DNA of 64,000 nucleotides. Origin: Opitutales bacterium (GTDB lineage: Bacteria; Verrucomicrobiota; Verrucomicrobiia; Opitutales; UBA2987). The stretch is from assembly GCA_965226885.1 (NCBI GenBank), contig CBDDEL010000010.1:320001-384000 (forward strand), read 5' to 3'. Shown here one piece after another: positions 43,859 through 55,859 of the stretch (positions are counted from its first letter, which is position 1; every line of letters starts with the position of its first letter). Position numbers and translations under genes: made by a program. Under the pieces are notes generated by a model. The model was not told the DNA's origin. It searched no databases and was given only the letters and a program-made list of their open reading frames with translations.

Positions 43859-46611
43859 CTATTTCTTCAAAATCGTTTCCACAAGCCCTTCCCAGTATGA
43901 GGCGCCCATAACCAGGATCTCATCATTGAAGTCGTAGGTTGGCGTGTGGACCCTGCATTCGCTTTCCGTAGATCCACCACCGAGCCAAATGTAGCAGCCC
44001 GGCTTCTCTTCCAGCATGAAGGCAAAATCCTCCGATCCATTGCGGGGGGGCGCATCACAATCAACATTTTCCTCTCCGACAATTTCCGCGGCGGCCTTAG
44101 CCCGGATATTTCATGAAGGGTAAAGTTTGGCTCGTTATTGCTATTGGAGATGGAGATGGATTTCTTTGTATTTTGAGCAGATCGTCTTGATTTTTAGGTG
44201 TTTTTCAGGGTGTAGAGACACTGCCCCCTTTCCCCCATTGGTTCGGTAGTGCCGGGGGCAGCACCAATGCACCCTTTAGGTTGGCACCAATCGGCGGGCC
44301 GCATGGTTGAAAAGACTGGCCCAAGGATAACTCTCACTTAGGTGAAAGTGAATCGTTCGGGTGTTGCGCACGATGACCGCTCCGATCTTGATTAATTTGA
44401 GCCGCAGGGTGTGGCATTGGGCCCGCGCCCACTTCGTCCCTTTTAAGGCTAGCCGGCGCATGGCTTCCATCAAGGTGTAGGCCAGCGCCGACAAGAGCAA
44501 TCGCCACTGATTGGCCCACCATTGATGGGCGCTGGTGCGCTCGCTGAACAATTGCATCTGTTCCTTGATTCGGTTCTCCATTTCACCGCGGCCACAGTAT
44601 ACCTTGTCGTAAAGCTCCTGGGGATCGCCCGGCAGGTTCGTCACCACGAAGCGCGGGTTGGACCCCTGTGCGGTGTGTTCGGCTTTATGGATGACCAACC
44701 GCAGCCATCGCCACGAATCGGCAGCATAGACGAAGTCCTGGAATAACCGTTGTTTTTTACCCCTTAGTTCGAACCATTCTTTGGCCTGCTTTTGCAACTG
44801 CTGGGCGTCTTGCTGCAAGCGTGCATTGCGAGCCATCCCCACGATGTAACTAACTTCGTTGCGGTCGCACCAAGAGAGTATCCGGTCTCGACAAAATCCA
44901 CTGTCGGCGCGCCAAATAATCCGCGTACGGGGCCAGCTTTGGCGAATCCGTTTAACCAGCAATTTGAGGATGGCCCCGGCATGCTTGCTGGCATCGATCT
45001 TGCTCGGCCGCAGGTAGGCCACCAGCAGCTGATCACCGCAAAAAACATATAGCGGCAGAAAACAGTAATGATCATAATAACCGTGGAAAAAACGTCCCTC
45101 CTGGAGCCCGTGCACCGGATTGTCGGTGGCGTCAAAGTCCAGGATGATCTCTTCGGGTTCCTCGGCAAAGGAGCCCATGAACTGTTCGACCAACAGCTCG
45201 TTTACCGCAAAGGCCGCCCGCCGATCCTGCCCGTTTTCAAAACGACACAAAGTCGGCGCGCTGGCCAACGTTTCAATGCGCCCCGTTACCGTTTGCAACA
45301 ATGGATCGTGGCGCAGGGTATCAAAGTCGTTCAAATCCTCATAGCCCGCCACCAGCCCGTAAACGCGCTGCCGCAGCATCCCCAATACCTCATGGCGTAC
45401 TTTGCCCTTCTGCCGTTTGTCCACTAACTGTCGGGCCGCTCGTTCGGTCAAGCCCAACTGCCGATCCACTTCCCGGATCAAAAGCAGTCCGGCATCCGAA
45501 GTAACCTCTCCGCCCTTGAAATCAACCCGCACACGGCGGCCTTTTACCCTTGTCAACTGTAGCTTTAATTGTTTACCTTTTGTCATCGCTGATATTGCTT
45601 TAATTATTGATCTATCCTGCTGTATATCAGCAGTTAAGCATATCAACGATACTTTTTTTACGAAATATCCGGGTTAGCGGCGATCGCTGTCTCGTTCCGG
45701 GTGTTTCTTGTTACCGGGTATCCGGGATCTTCAGGATTAAATCTGACCGTGCCTGTTACGTCGAATCCGCGACTTACGTAATCTACAATCTCGCTGATAC
45801 GATCGTGAGCCTTCTTTCTAACCTCAGGGTCGAAACACCGTACCGTTCCCCGCAAGATCACTAATTCCGGTATAACGTTCCAGGTATTGCCCCCGTGTAT
45901 CTGAGTTAAACTGATGACTACAGTATCCAGGGGATTGGTATTCCGGCTCACGACCGTTTGCAACGCACCCACGACTTGGCAGGAAGCCACAATCGGGTCT
46001 CTTCCCTCCTGTGGCATGGCCGCGTGGCATCCCGCCCCTCTTATTTCTATTTCAAAGTTATCCATCGATGCCATGACTGGCCCGGTTCTTACTCCAAACC
46101 GTCCCGCCGGTATATCGGGTATGTTGTGCATGCCGTAAACTTCTTCCGCGGGAAATTTCCTGAACAAGCCATCGTCGATCATCTTCTTCCCTCCGCCCCG
46201 TACTTCCTCCGCGGGTTGGAAAATAAAATACACGGTCCCATCGAAACGTTTCGTGTCGGACAGGTATCTGGCCGCACCCAGGAGCATGGCTGTGTGCCCA
46301 TCATGACCACAGGCGTGCATCTTGCCATCAATCTTTGATTTATAGGGGACAGTGTTCCGTTCCTGGATGGCCAGCGCATCTATATCCGCTCGCAGAGCTA
46401 TCTTCCTCTCACTACTGCCTGCTTTCAGGGTGGCAACAACTCCGGTCTTCCCCAGTCCTTCGTCAACCGGAAGTTGAAAGCTTCTCAAATGGTCCGCGAT
46501 GAATTTTGCCGTATCGGTTTCTTCAAAAGCGATTTCCGGATATTGATGCAAATGATGGCGCCATTTCCGCATTTTCCCATCCATCAGCAGTATTTTTTCG
46601 TTTACCGGCAT
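43859..46611 (-). pseudogene. M20D amidohydrolase (hippuricase-like) interrupted by IS1380
   Basis: LRADIDAL, MHACGHDGH, FQPAEE; C-terminus GSEDFAFM...YDFNDE at 43859-44100; 391 aa reconstructed. Confidence 0.92.
44101..45673 (-). mobile_element. IS1380-family element (allele B)
   Basis: TSD TTAG; transposase 44276-45646; private 6-bp duplication at 44145-44156. Confidence 0.95.
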
Positions 46612-46700
46612 TTTTTTTCCAATCGAATTGTCAATAGTTGCGACGGACCTTGAGCATGCCCTGCCCGCGACACCATCCGCAGGTTCATACAACCGTCTGG

Positions 46701-49405
46701 TCAATCCTCGTAAAGCTTAAAAAGCGCTTGCGCGCCGTAATTCTCGCCACCCGAGGCGGCCAATTGATCATACAGACCTTTCGCCAGTTCAAGACCGGGT
46801 AGAGCCAACCCCAACTTATCGGCCGAGGCGATGGCAATTGTCAGGTCTTTGATGAAGTGTTTTACAAAAAAGCCCGGCCCAAAATTGCCTTGCAGGAAGT
46901 GCGGGGCGGCATGGCTCAGGATCACACTGCCGGCGGCTCCGTTCTTGATGCAGGCGATCACTTTCATCGCATCAAGCCCCCCTCGGCGCGCATAAGCCAT
47001 CGCCTCCGAAACGCCCACCATGTTCGCGGCGATGGCGATTTGATTACTCATCTTGGTGTGCTGACCGGCACCCGCGGAACCCATTAATCCAATATTGCCG
47101 CCCATCCTCTTGAATATCGGAAGCATCCCATCGAAAGCCTCCTGATCGCCCCCTACCATGATTGCGAGGCGCGCCTCGCGCGCGCCAATATCCCCACCCG
47201 AAACGGGAGCATCGAGGGAGGCAACTCTCTTCATATGCGCTTCCCGAAAAATGCGGACCGCCAGTTCAGGGCTCGACGTTGTCATATCAATAACTAGAGG
47301 CTGTCCCAAAAATATAAAGATTTTATAGTCAACTGGATGACGTTGATAAAAAGAGCCGGAAAGAGCAAGTTTTTGCTCGATCCGGCCAAAAAAGGGTTCT
47401 ATAATTGAGTTAGCGAAAATCAATATAGCCCTTTCTATGAAAATAGCCCTTTCTATGGAAAATATAGCCATCCAATGCCTCCTGCGTCCAGCTTTAACTG
47501 TGGTCGACCGGTGCCTCGATTACGATAACTTCCGCGCCACCATTGATCGAATCGCTCGGCTGCTGATCGACTCGGAGGTGGAATCGCAGGCCATTGAGCT
47601 GGCCTTGGAGGGGTGGCCGCCAATGGGTCTAAAGGTCCGGCGGCAGCGGGCCAGTTTTGCCATCAAGGCACTGCGCATGGATACGCTGGGCCGTCTGCTC
47701 GGAGGGATTTCGTTTCGGCATTTGTCGCGGGCTCTGGGCAGCAGCGATCTGTTGGCCGACTTTTGCCGTGTCCGGCAGATCGATGGCATCAGGGGCATCT
47801 CCAAAAGCACCCTGGAGCGGGCCTCGAAGTTTTTCAGCGAAGAGCAGTTGAGGGCCTTGCACCGGACCTTGACTGAGGTGGTGGGCGATGCCCTTCTGGC
47901 CCGGCAGGTGGTATTGGACAAGCCGATTGACACCACCATTTGCCTGATCGACGGCACCTGTTTGGAGGCTAACATTCATTGGCCGACGGACTGGGTATTA
48001 CTCAAGGATGTAGCCGGCACGTTGCTCAAAGCGATCCGGCTGATCCGCGAGAAGGCCGGTGTGCGCCATCGCATGCCGATCGAACCGGAGCCCTTGGCTC
48101 GGCAGATGAATCGGCTGTGCATACAGATGACCCACAGCCGGCGGCGAAAGGACAGCGCGCGGCAGCGCAAGGGTATCTTGAGGCAGATGAAAAAGCTGCT
48201 CAAACGGATCGGGGAGCATGCCCGCAGTCACCGGGAATTATTGCAAGCCTGCTGGGAGCAAAGCGATTACAGCGAAAAACAGGTCCAACAGATCCTCGCC
48301 CGGATGGAGCGCATGAGCGAGCAAATCCCGGTGGTCATCAAACAGGCGCACGAGCGGATCATTGGCGGCCGCCAGGTGAAAAACGCAGAGAAAGTCTTGA
48401 GTGTTTACGAACTCGATGGGCAGGTGATTGTGCGAGGTAAAGCGGGCCAAGAGGTCGAGTTCGGCAACACCCTGTTTTTGGGAGAAAGCGTTGAAGGGTA
48501 CCTGCTGGACTGGAAACTCTACGGCAGCCGAACTCCAAGCGAAAATGAACAAATGCAAGAGAGTTTGCAAAGACAGAACCGCTTCAACCTGGAAGAACCC
48601 ATAGCGGCCATGTGCGCGGACCGGGGATTTGCCTCCCAGCGGGCCCGCCGGCAGTTAGCCCAGGAGGGAATCTACGACGCGCTCTGTCCACGCGATCCGA
48701 AGCAGTTGAAAAAACGGATGGAGGAACCACTGTTCAGGCAATTGCAAAAGCGCCGGGCCAGCACCGAAGGGCGGATCGGGGTATTGAAGAATCGCTGGCA
48801 GGCCGGGCGGTTGCGCAGCAAAGGCTTTGCCAACCGCTCGATCAGCGTAGCCTGGTCGGTACTCTCGCACAACCTATGGAAAGTAGCCAAGATGCTGGCC
48901 CAGCAAGACGAACTAAAAACCAAAGCGGCGGCCTAGAGAGCGGAAAAGCAAGGACAATACTTTTTCACAGCCGTACTGTCGGCTCATACAAAGAAAACCA
49001 GGCAACCGGACCCCAGAACCAGTATCCTAACGTCATAGGAGAGCAAAGTTGATACTCTCCCAAATGCAAATACCTCTAAAATGAGCGCCTATCAAAAGCC
49101 CTCGCAAAAATCACCCTTTTGGGACAGCCTCTAACTACCGAACCAGAACGCACACAATTCAGAATACCGCTGGGTTCCAGATAAATCGACTCCACATCCT
49201 TGGGAAAGCCTACCATGGTGATAACAACATCGGATTTCGCAGCAATCTCTCCGACTGTGTCGCACCAGATCGCGCCTTTTCCAACGAGAGCATCCGCGCG
49301 TTCCTTTGTTTGGTTATAGACGTTCAGTGGGTGCCCAGCCTTAAGCAGGTGTTCTGCCATCGGCAGGCCCATAATTCCAGTTCCAATGAATCCGACTGTT
49401 TCCAC
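46701..49405 (-). pseudogene. NAD(P)-dependent oxidoreductase (beta-hydroxyacid dehydrogenase family) interrupted by IS
   Basis: GFIGTGIMG...SVV|IDMTTSSP, DAPVSGG, GAGQHTK; 287 aa reconstructed. Confidence 0.92.
47297..49131 (+). mobile_element. IS5/ISNCY-like element, copy 2
   Basis: IRs GAGGCTGTCCCAAAA; 6-bp TSD TAACTA; transposase 47437-48936. Confidence 0.92.
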
Positions 49406-49608
49406 GATGAGTAAATTAATACTGTGTGGCGATCCTTGAATCCCTGTCCGACCGTGTCAATCCACTAAGCCGCGCGGTGATGAGGATGTCATCGCTTTGC
49501 GTTCTGAACAGGGCATCTGCCTGACTCACCGCACAATTTTTTGCATTTTACTTCAACTCTTTTTCCGGTAAGCATGCATTCTGTAAACTCAGAAAAGAAA
49601 GAATACTC

Positions 49609-50394
49609 ATGCCAAAAATAAGACCGAACAGGGTGAAAGAAAAGCTCGCCCAGGGAGAAAATGCTTACATTATCACCGGACTCACTCATTCCGATGATAT
49701 TGATGCCATCGGGCCCATCGGAATCGACGCCGTTTGGTTGGAGGGAGAGCATGGAGCCGTCGATCCGGCCGATCTCGGAAATCTCACGCGAGCCTGTGAT
49801 ATCTGGGGCATGACATCGATTGTGCGGGTTAACAAAAATGACCAGGCGCTGATCTACCGCACTCTGGATCGCGGTGCTCAGGGAATCGTCGTGCCCCATG
49901 TAAACTCAAAAGAGGAAGCTCAGAATGTGGTCGATGGGGGCAAGTTTTCACCCCTCGGCAACCGGGGCATGTTTACCAGTCGTCAGGGCTACGGCGTCCC
50001 AAATTATTTCAAAGTTGCTAACGAAGAGACGCTCCTCATCGCCCTCATTGAGGATATCGTAGCGGTGCGGAACCTGGATGAAATATTGACCGTTGAAGAG
50101 ATCGATGTATTCTTTATTGCTCCTGCTGACCTCGCAGCCTCCATGGGGCATATCGGAAACAAGTCGCATCCCGATGTTCAGGAAACGATTGATTCGACCC
50201 TTTTGAAAATTGTCGCCGCAGGCAGAACCGTAGGAACAGTGGTCAACAATCAAAACGTATCAAAATATGTTTCGGCCGGAGTCCGAGTATTGCTCACCAG
50301 TGTCAATAGCTGGATAGTCGACGGCGCGACCGAATTCATGAAGCGAGCGGAAAACACGCCGAACATACTCATCAATGCAATGCCTAGCCATTAA
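49609..50394 (+). CDS. HpcH/HpaI aldolase family protein
   Basis: WLEGEHG, LDRGAQGIVVPHV, PLGNRG, IED, FIAPADL; last ~11 codons derive from an IS remnant. Confidence 0.88.
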   Translation: MPKIRPNRVKEKLAQGENAYIITGLTHSDDIDAIGPIGIDAVWLEGEHGAVDPADLGNLTRACDIWGMTSIVRVNKNDQALIYRTLDRGAQGIVVPHVNSKEEAQNVVDGGKFSPLGNRGMFTSRQGYGVPNYFKVANEETLLIALIEDIVAVRNLDEILTVEEIDVFFIAPADLAASMGHIGNKSHPDVQETIDSTLLKIVAAGRTVGTVVNNQNVSKYVSAGVRVLLTSVNSWIVDGATEFMKRAENTPNILINAMPSH

Positions 50395-50698
50395 GGTTGC
50401 GCTCTCACTCAAAAGTGCCGATGTGCTGTAGGTATTGAATGAAGTCATAATGGATCACTTTTAACCCGCCCGTTTCACTACCCACCTCAATGAGCCTGAG
50501 CGAGAATAAAAAATGGCCTCATCAAGTCCTTTCATAATCGCCTGCGCGATAAATGTCTCACCCAATACATTTGCAGACTCTGGCCAACAATCAAAAAAAC
50601 AGAGGCTGGCTCCATTCGACCTTCGGCCCACTCCGCCCCCCTGCAAAACCTACAGCAAAATTCACACTTATAGTGGTAGTGAAGATGGGGTCCGACCA
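50361..50698 (+). mobile_element. Decayed right-hand remnant of IS3 type C
   Basis: Diverged match to 55241-55770 with deletions; ends GATGGGGTCCGACCA. Confidence 0.8.
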
Positions 50699-50766
50699 TA
50701 AACATGGTGTTTAGCGTTGCGCTCTTCGGCCCTGAAGAACAGAATCAATTGAAAAAGGAACCGTAA

Positions 50767-51570
50767 ATGGGCGAAAGGTTGAAGAATAAAGTAGCGATCG
50801 TTACCGGAGCCGGATCTATCGGAGCGGGATGGGGCAATGGCAAAGCAACGGCCGTTTTGTTCGCACGTGAAGGGGCAAAGGTGTTCGCCATCGATATTAA
50901 TCCGGCCGCTGCGGCCGAGACAAGGGCACTCATTAGAGAGGAAGGGGGGGAGTGCGCGGTACACGAAGGTGACGTCTCAAAAGCGAGAGATGTCGAAGCC
51001 ATGGTTGACCATTGTATTGAAACATTCGGAAGCGTCGATATTCTCCATAATAACGTCGGCATTTTGGATTTGGGTGGCCCCGTTGAAACCAGTGAGGAGA
51101 GTTGGGATCGTGTCATCGCGGTCAATCTTAAGAGCCTCTTTCTTATGTGCAAATACGTGCTGCCTCATATGGAAAGCAAGGGGGGGGCCATCGTCAATGT
51201 CTCGTCTATCGCCGGAATCCGTTGGCTGGGAACTTCCTATATTTCCTATAGCACGACGAAAGCGGGGATCATTCAGTTCACGCAAGCCGTTGCCCTGCAA
51301 TACGCGGCGAAGCGCATCCGGTGCAACTGTGTATTGCCCGGACTAATAAATACGCCATTGGTGCGCAAAGCATTGGGCAGCGGTTATGCCGAAGGTGATA
51401 TACAAAATTTGATGGACGCCCGGGATCGCCAATGCCCCATGGGCAAAATGGGTGATGCCTGGGATGTTGCCTACGCAGCGCTGTTCCTCGCTTCAGACGA
51501 AGCCAGATATATCACCGGCACCCAACTGATCATCGATGGCGGGTTAAGTTGTACTTCGGTGGCGCCATGA
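50767..51570 (+). CDS. Short-chain dehydrogenase/reductase
   Basis: VAIVTGAGS..GNG, NNVG, YSTTK, FLASDEARYITG. Confidence 0.93.
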   Translation: MGERLKNKVAIVTGAGSIGAGWGNGKATAVLFAREGAKVFAIDINPAAAAETRALIREEGGECAVHEGDVSKARDVEAMVDHCIETFGSVDILHNNVGILDLGGPVETSEESWDRVIAVNLKSLFLMCKYVLPHMESKGGAIVNVSSIAGIRWLGTSYISYSTTKAGIIQFTQAVALQYAAKRIRCNCVLPGLINTPLVRKALGSGYAEGDIQNLMDARDRQCPMGKMGDAWDVAYAALFLASDEARYITGTQLIIDGGLSCTSVAP

Positions 51571-51609
51571 AGTGCTCCTCGAACCCATCCTTATATGACC
51601 ATTCGGATT

Positions 51610-53175
51610 TCAGATCACTTTTCGATCCTTCCCTTGCCAATACTTTTTCCGCACCTCCCGTTTGACAATTTTTCCATAATTGTTTTTGGGTAATTCATCC
51701 ACAAAATCGACAGACTTGGGCTTTTTGTAGCTCGCGATATAGTCTTTGCAGAAATTGATTATTTCCGCTTCTGTAATTGTTTGCCCCGGGACAATTGAGA
51801 CGACGGCTTTAATGGCCTCACCCCATTTCGGGTCTGGAACCCCGATCACGGCAACCTCTCGAATCCCCGGATGTTGAATGATCACCTCCTCGATTTCACG
51901 GGGATAAATATTTTCACCGCCACTGATAATCATGTCCTTTGACCGATCCATTAGAAAGAGATACCCAAACTCATCGATGTAGCCAACGTCTCCAGTGTGC
52001 AACCACCCGTTTTTCAGTGTCTCGGCAGTGGCTTCCCGGTTACGCCAATATCCTTTCATCACCAGATCCGACCGCGTAACAATTTCACCTATTTCGCCAG
52101 AGTCCAATTCACTTTCATTGCCGTCGACAATAGCAACTTCAACATCAGTACGTGCGATGCCCGCTGACGCGAGCCGCTTCATCTGCGCAACGTTACCTTG
52201 CAACACGTGATCATGATGTGGCAGGTAGGTGATGGTCATGGGCGATTCGCCCATCCCGTAGAGCTGAACCAGACAAGGACCGAGTTTGGCCATAGCCTTT
52301 TTGAGATCTTCGAGCAGCATGGGAGCCCCTCCGTAGATAACGGCTTTCAGGGAACTGAGATCGTAGCGTTCCACCGCGGGGCTCTCTATCAGCCGGATAA
52401 CCATTGTGGGAGCAACGAACATATTCGTCACGCGATAGGTTTCAACAGCTTTCAAGACCAGATCGGGATCATAGGATTTGGATTCTAAAATAATGTTGGT
52501 TCCGCCCTTTCCGATGTTGGGCAGTGCGTACAAACCGCTGCCATGGGAGAGCGGGGCACCGTGCAGGATAGTTTCGCAAGGACCAAAATCGGGACAAATA
52601 TCCGCATAGAAATTCATCGTCATGGCAAGCAGGTTGCGATGGGTCAACATGGCTCCTTTGGGCATTCCCGTTGTGCCCGATGTGTAAAAGAGCCACGCCA
52701 GGTCATCAGGAGTCACATCAGCATCTGCAAACTGTTCAGATTCCGAAGAAAGGATGGTTTCATAGTCCAGAAGTTCGCCCTCGGCGCCACTTACCGTGAC
52801 GATATGGCTAACATGCGGTAATCGGTCCCGGACACCCATAATTGATTCGTTGAACTCAGACGAGATAATCAGCGCTTTGGATTCTGAATGGTCGATGATG
52901 AACGCAAATTCTTTGGGATGCAGCCGAAAGTTGATCGGAACGACCCCACAACCAGCCTTGAAACAGGCAAAGATCGACTCCAGCACTTGAGGGAGATTAT
53001 ACATAAGTACAGCGACGTTATCTCCTTGCTCGACGCCGAGACTGCGAAGCCCGTTTGACAAACGGTTCGCGCGTGCGTCGAATTGGGCATAGGTTAGCTT
53101 CCGGGAACCGTGGGCAATTGCCAGCTTTTCGGGATAAGTTCGCGCGGACTTTGACAGTAGCTGACCAATGTTCAT
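51610..53175 (-). CDS. Long-chain-fatty-acid--CoA ligase family protein
   Basis: YTSGTTGMPKG, YGMGE, WLHTGD, DRSKDMIISGGENIYP. Confidence 0.92.
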   Translation of the reverse strand: MNIGQLLSKSARTYPEKLAIAHGSRKLTYAQFDARANRLSNGLRSLGVEQGDNVAVLMYNLPQVLESIFACFKAGCGVVPINFRLHPKEFAFIIDHSESKALIISSEFNESIMGVRDRLPHVSHIVTVSGAEGELLDYETILSSESEQFADADVTPDDLAWLFYTSGTTGMPKGAMLTHRNLLAMTMNFYADICPDFGPCETILHGAPLSHGSGLYALPNIGKGGTNIILESKSYDPDLVLKAVETYRVTNMFVAPTMVIRLIESPAVERYDLSSLKAVIYGGAPMLLEDLKKAMAKLGPCLVQLYGMGESPMTITYLPHHDHVLQGNVAQMKRLASAGIARTDVEVAIVDGNESELDSGEIGEIVTRSDLVMKGYWRNREATAETLKNGWLHTGDVGYIDEFGYLFLMDRSKDMIISGGENIYPREIEEVIIQHPGIREVAVIGVPDPKWGEAIKAVVSIVPGQTITEAEIINFCKDYIASYKKPKSVDFVDELPKNNYGKIVKREVRKKYWQGKDRKVI

Positions 53176-54477
53176 CGTGCAGGTGCGCTTCGGCCTTCCT
53201 TCTGGTATCTTTCAAGTAAAGATTTCAGTTGCTGAACTACCTCAGGGTGATCCCGGTAGCAGTTGTGCCTCTGAAAAAGATCTCTTTCCAGGTCATAGAG
53301 CTGAGCTGGTGGGGCACCCTCCTTAATTTCCCCATTTCGTTTAAGGTCACTATTGACTTGCCCGGTCAAGGCATGCCATTTACGCCAGTTGTAGGAACCT
53401 TCCGTATCCGTATCGAAGCCACCCGCGCCCTGGTTCGAGATGTAAACCCACTTTCCTTTTCGCAGGGAATGATGATCAGGACTTCGCGGGGCGATCAAGA
53501 AATGATCACGAATGGGCTCGCGGGGTTCCCCAATCAATGCGGGCAATAAGTTGAAACTGTCAACACCCTCGTCATCCTCGAGCTTGTATCCCAGGATGGC
53601 CGCGATGGTAGCCAACATGTCAACGCTTGAAACGAGTTGATCGGATCGGGAACCCGGTGTAATATGCCCTGGCCAGCGAGCGAGAAAGGGCACCCGATGG
53701 CCGCCTTCCCAGGCGTCGAACTTAAAGCCAAGCAGATCCCCGTTGATACGGTGACCCGCCTCCCAGGCAACTTTTCCGCCTTCGTTCAGCATGCCTCCAT
53801 TATCACTGGTGAAGATCACCAGCGTATTGTCTCTCAATTTCAGTTCATCAAGGGTATCGAGAATCCGGCCAACCGCCCAATCCAGTTCGTGTATAGAATC
53901 CCCATAAGGACCGCAGTCACTGGTCCCCTTGAATTGGTCGTGGGGAGTGAACGGGTGATGAATATTGGTCGTTGGGAAGTAGAGGAAAAAAGGGTCCTCC
54001 TTATGGCTGCGAATCCAGTCTACGGCACGGTTAGTCAAAGTGGTGCACACTTCTTCGTCCTTATAAAGAGCGTGGGCCGCACGCGCGCCGCCGACGCTCC
54101 CGGTGTCAAACTTCTCTGGATGTGACTCCGTATTGCCCGGACCACCAAAAACAGATGTACTGGAGGAATCTCGGCCCGCTTCGGTATTGCTCGGACCGCC
54201 AAAAACGATTGGATCATCAGGATCATGGCCCTTTATTTGATGGTCCTCGATATAAACGAAAGGGGGGTGGCTGTTTACAACCGGCACCCCGAAGTAGGTG
54301 TCGAATCCAATTTCTAGCGGCCCCGGGTTTAGCTCGCCGTTCCAATCGGGTGTTTTCTCACCGGAAACCCAAGTGCCATTTTCCAATGCAAGCCGTAGAG
54401 TAGCCGTGGTTCTTTAGAAGCCGGGCAATAGTCATCTTGCCCGGGTCAATCAAAAGACCGTCTTTGTGAAATGCGGG
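53172..54477 (-). pseudogene. Arylsulfatase; N-terminus (CxPxR motif) lost at an IS; +1 frameshift near 54363
   Basis: GYSTACIGKWHLG in the upstream frame; NTLVIFTSDNGG, WEGGHRVPF, QLYDL downstream. Confidence 0.88.
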
Positions 54478-55770
54478 TGATGTGACCGCCGAAAACACTA
54501 CCATTGCCAGTGAGAGTCTTTCTGGAGAAATTACCGGAAAGACCTATGAAGCAAAAAAGATACACCCCTGAACAAATCATAACGATACTGCGCGAAGTAG
54601 ACGCAGGCAAAGGCATTCAGGATGTCTGTCGGTCCCACAATATCAGTCCTCAAAGCTACCATCGTTGGCGTAAAAAGTATGGCCGCATGGAGCTGCGTGA
54701 CGCCAAGCGGCTGAAGGAGCTGGAGCGCGAGAACACACAGCTTAAGAAGATTGTAGCCGAGCAGATGCTGGAGAACCGTGTGCTCAAGGAGGTGAACGCA
54801 AAAAAATGGTAGGCCCGAAGCAGAAAAAGGAAGCGGTGAAGCATGTATTGGCCCAAGGGTCGTGCTCGCTGCGTCGGGCCTGTCAGTATTTTGGGTTGCA
54901 CCGCTCAACCTACCTGTATGAACCCAAGAAAGCTACTGAGTATAGGCATAAACTGGTGGCACGCATCATTGCCTTTTCGAAGAAGCATCCGCGCTATGGC
55001 TATCGTCGGATCCGCGCTTTGTTGACCCATGAAGGTTGGCCCGTGAGTCGCAAATTCGTCCAAAAAGTGCGTCGTTTCGAAGGACTGGGTGTGCGGCCGT
55101 CTCGCAAGCGCCGTCGCCGGCAGGGCCAATCCACGGCTACCCCGACCCGAGCAGTGCAGCCCAACCATGTGTGGAGTTGGGACTTCGTGGCGGATCGCAC
55201 CGACCGGGGCGGTCCGCTCAGGCTCTTGACACTGATCGATGAACATACCCGTCAATGCCTGGCCATTAAGGTTGCGCGCTCACTGAAAAGTGCCGATGTG
55301 GTAGAGGTATTGAACGATGCCATAAGAGAGAACGGCAAACCTCAGTGCATCCGCTCGGACAACGGATCGGAGTTTATAGCCCACCAAGTCAAAGAAGAAC
55401 TGCAGCGACAGGAAATTGCCATCGCATACATTGATCCAGGAAGCCCTTGGCAGAATGGACATATAGAATCCTTTCATAATCGTTTGCGCGATGAATGCCT
55501 TAATCAGGAACTGTTCCTGAGCGTGACCGAAGCGCGTGTGGTGGTCGAACAATGGCGACACAAATACAACGCGAAACACCCCCACAGCCGATTAGGCTTT
55601 CTCTCCCCAAATACATTTGCCAGACTCTGGCGAACAATCAACAAAGCAGCGGCTGGCTCCATTCGGCCTACGGCCTCATTGCGCCACCCGCTGCAAAACC
55701 TACAATACCAAAATACCAAACCTACGGAAATACTCTCACTTAAAGTGGTAGCAAAGATGGGGTCCGATCA
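54478..55770 (+). mobile_element. IS3 type C, copy 2
   Basis: Same ends as 31563-32847; no TSD; an 8-bp duplication shifts the orfB tail. Confidence 0.93.
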
Positions 55771-55859
55771 TTACCTATAACAAAATACTGAACAAGGACT
55801 GAACCGCGGTCAATAATTCTACTTTTGGGTGTTTAGTGGAATCACATGATATTGGAATG

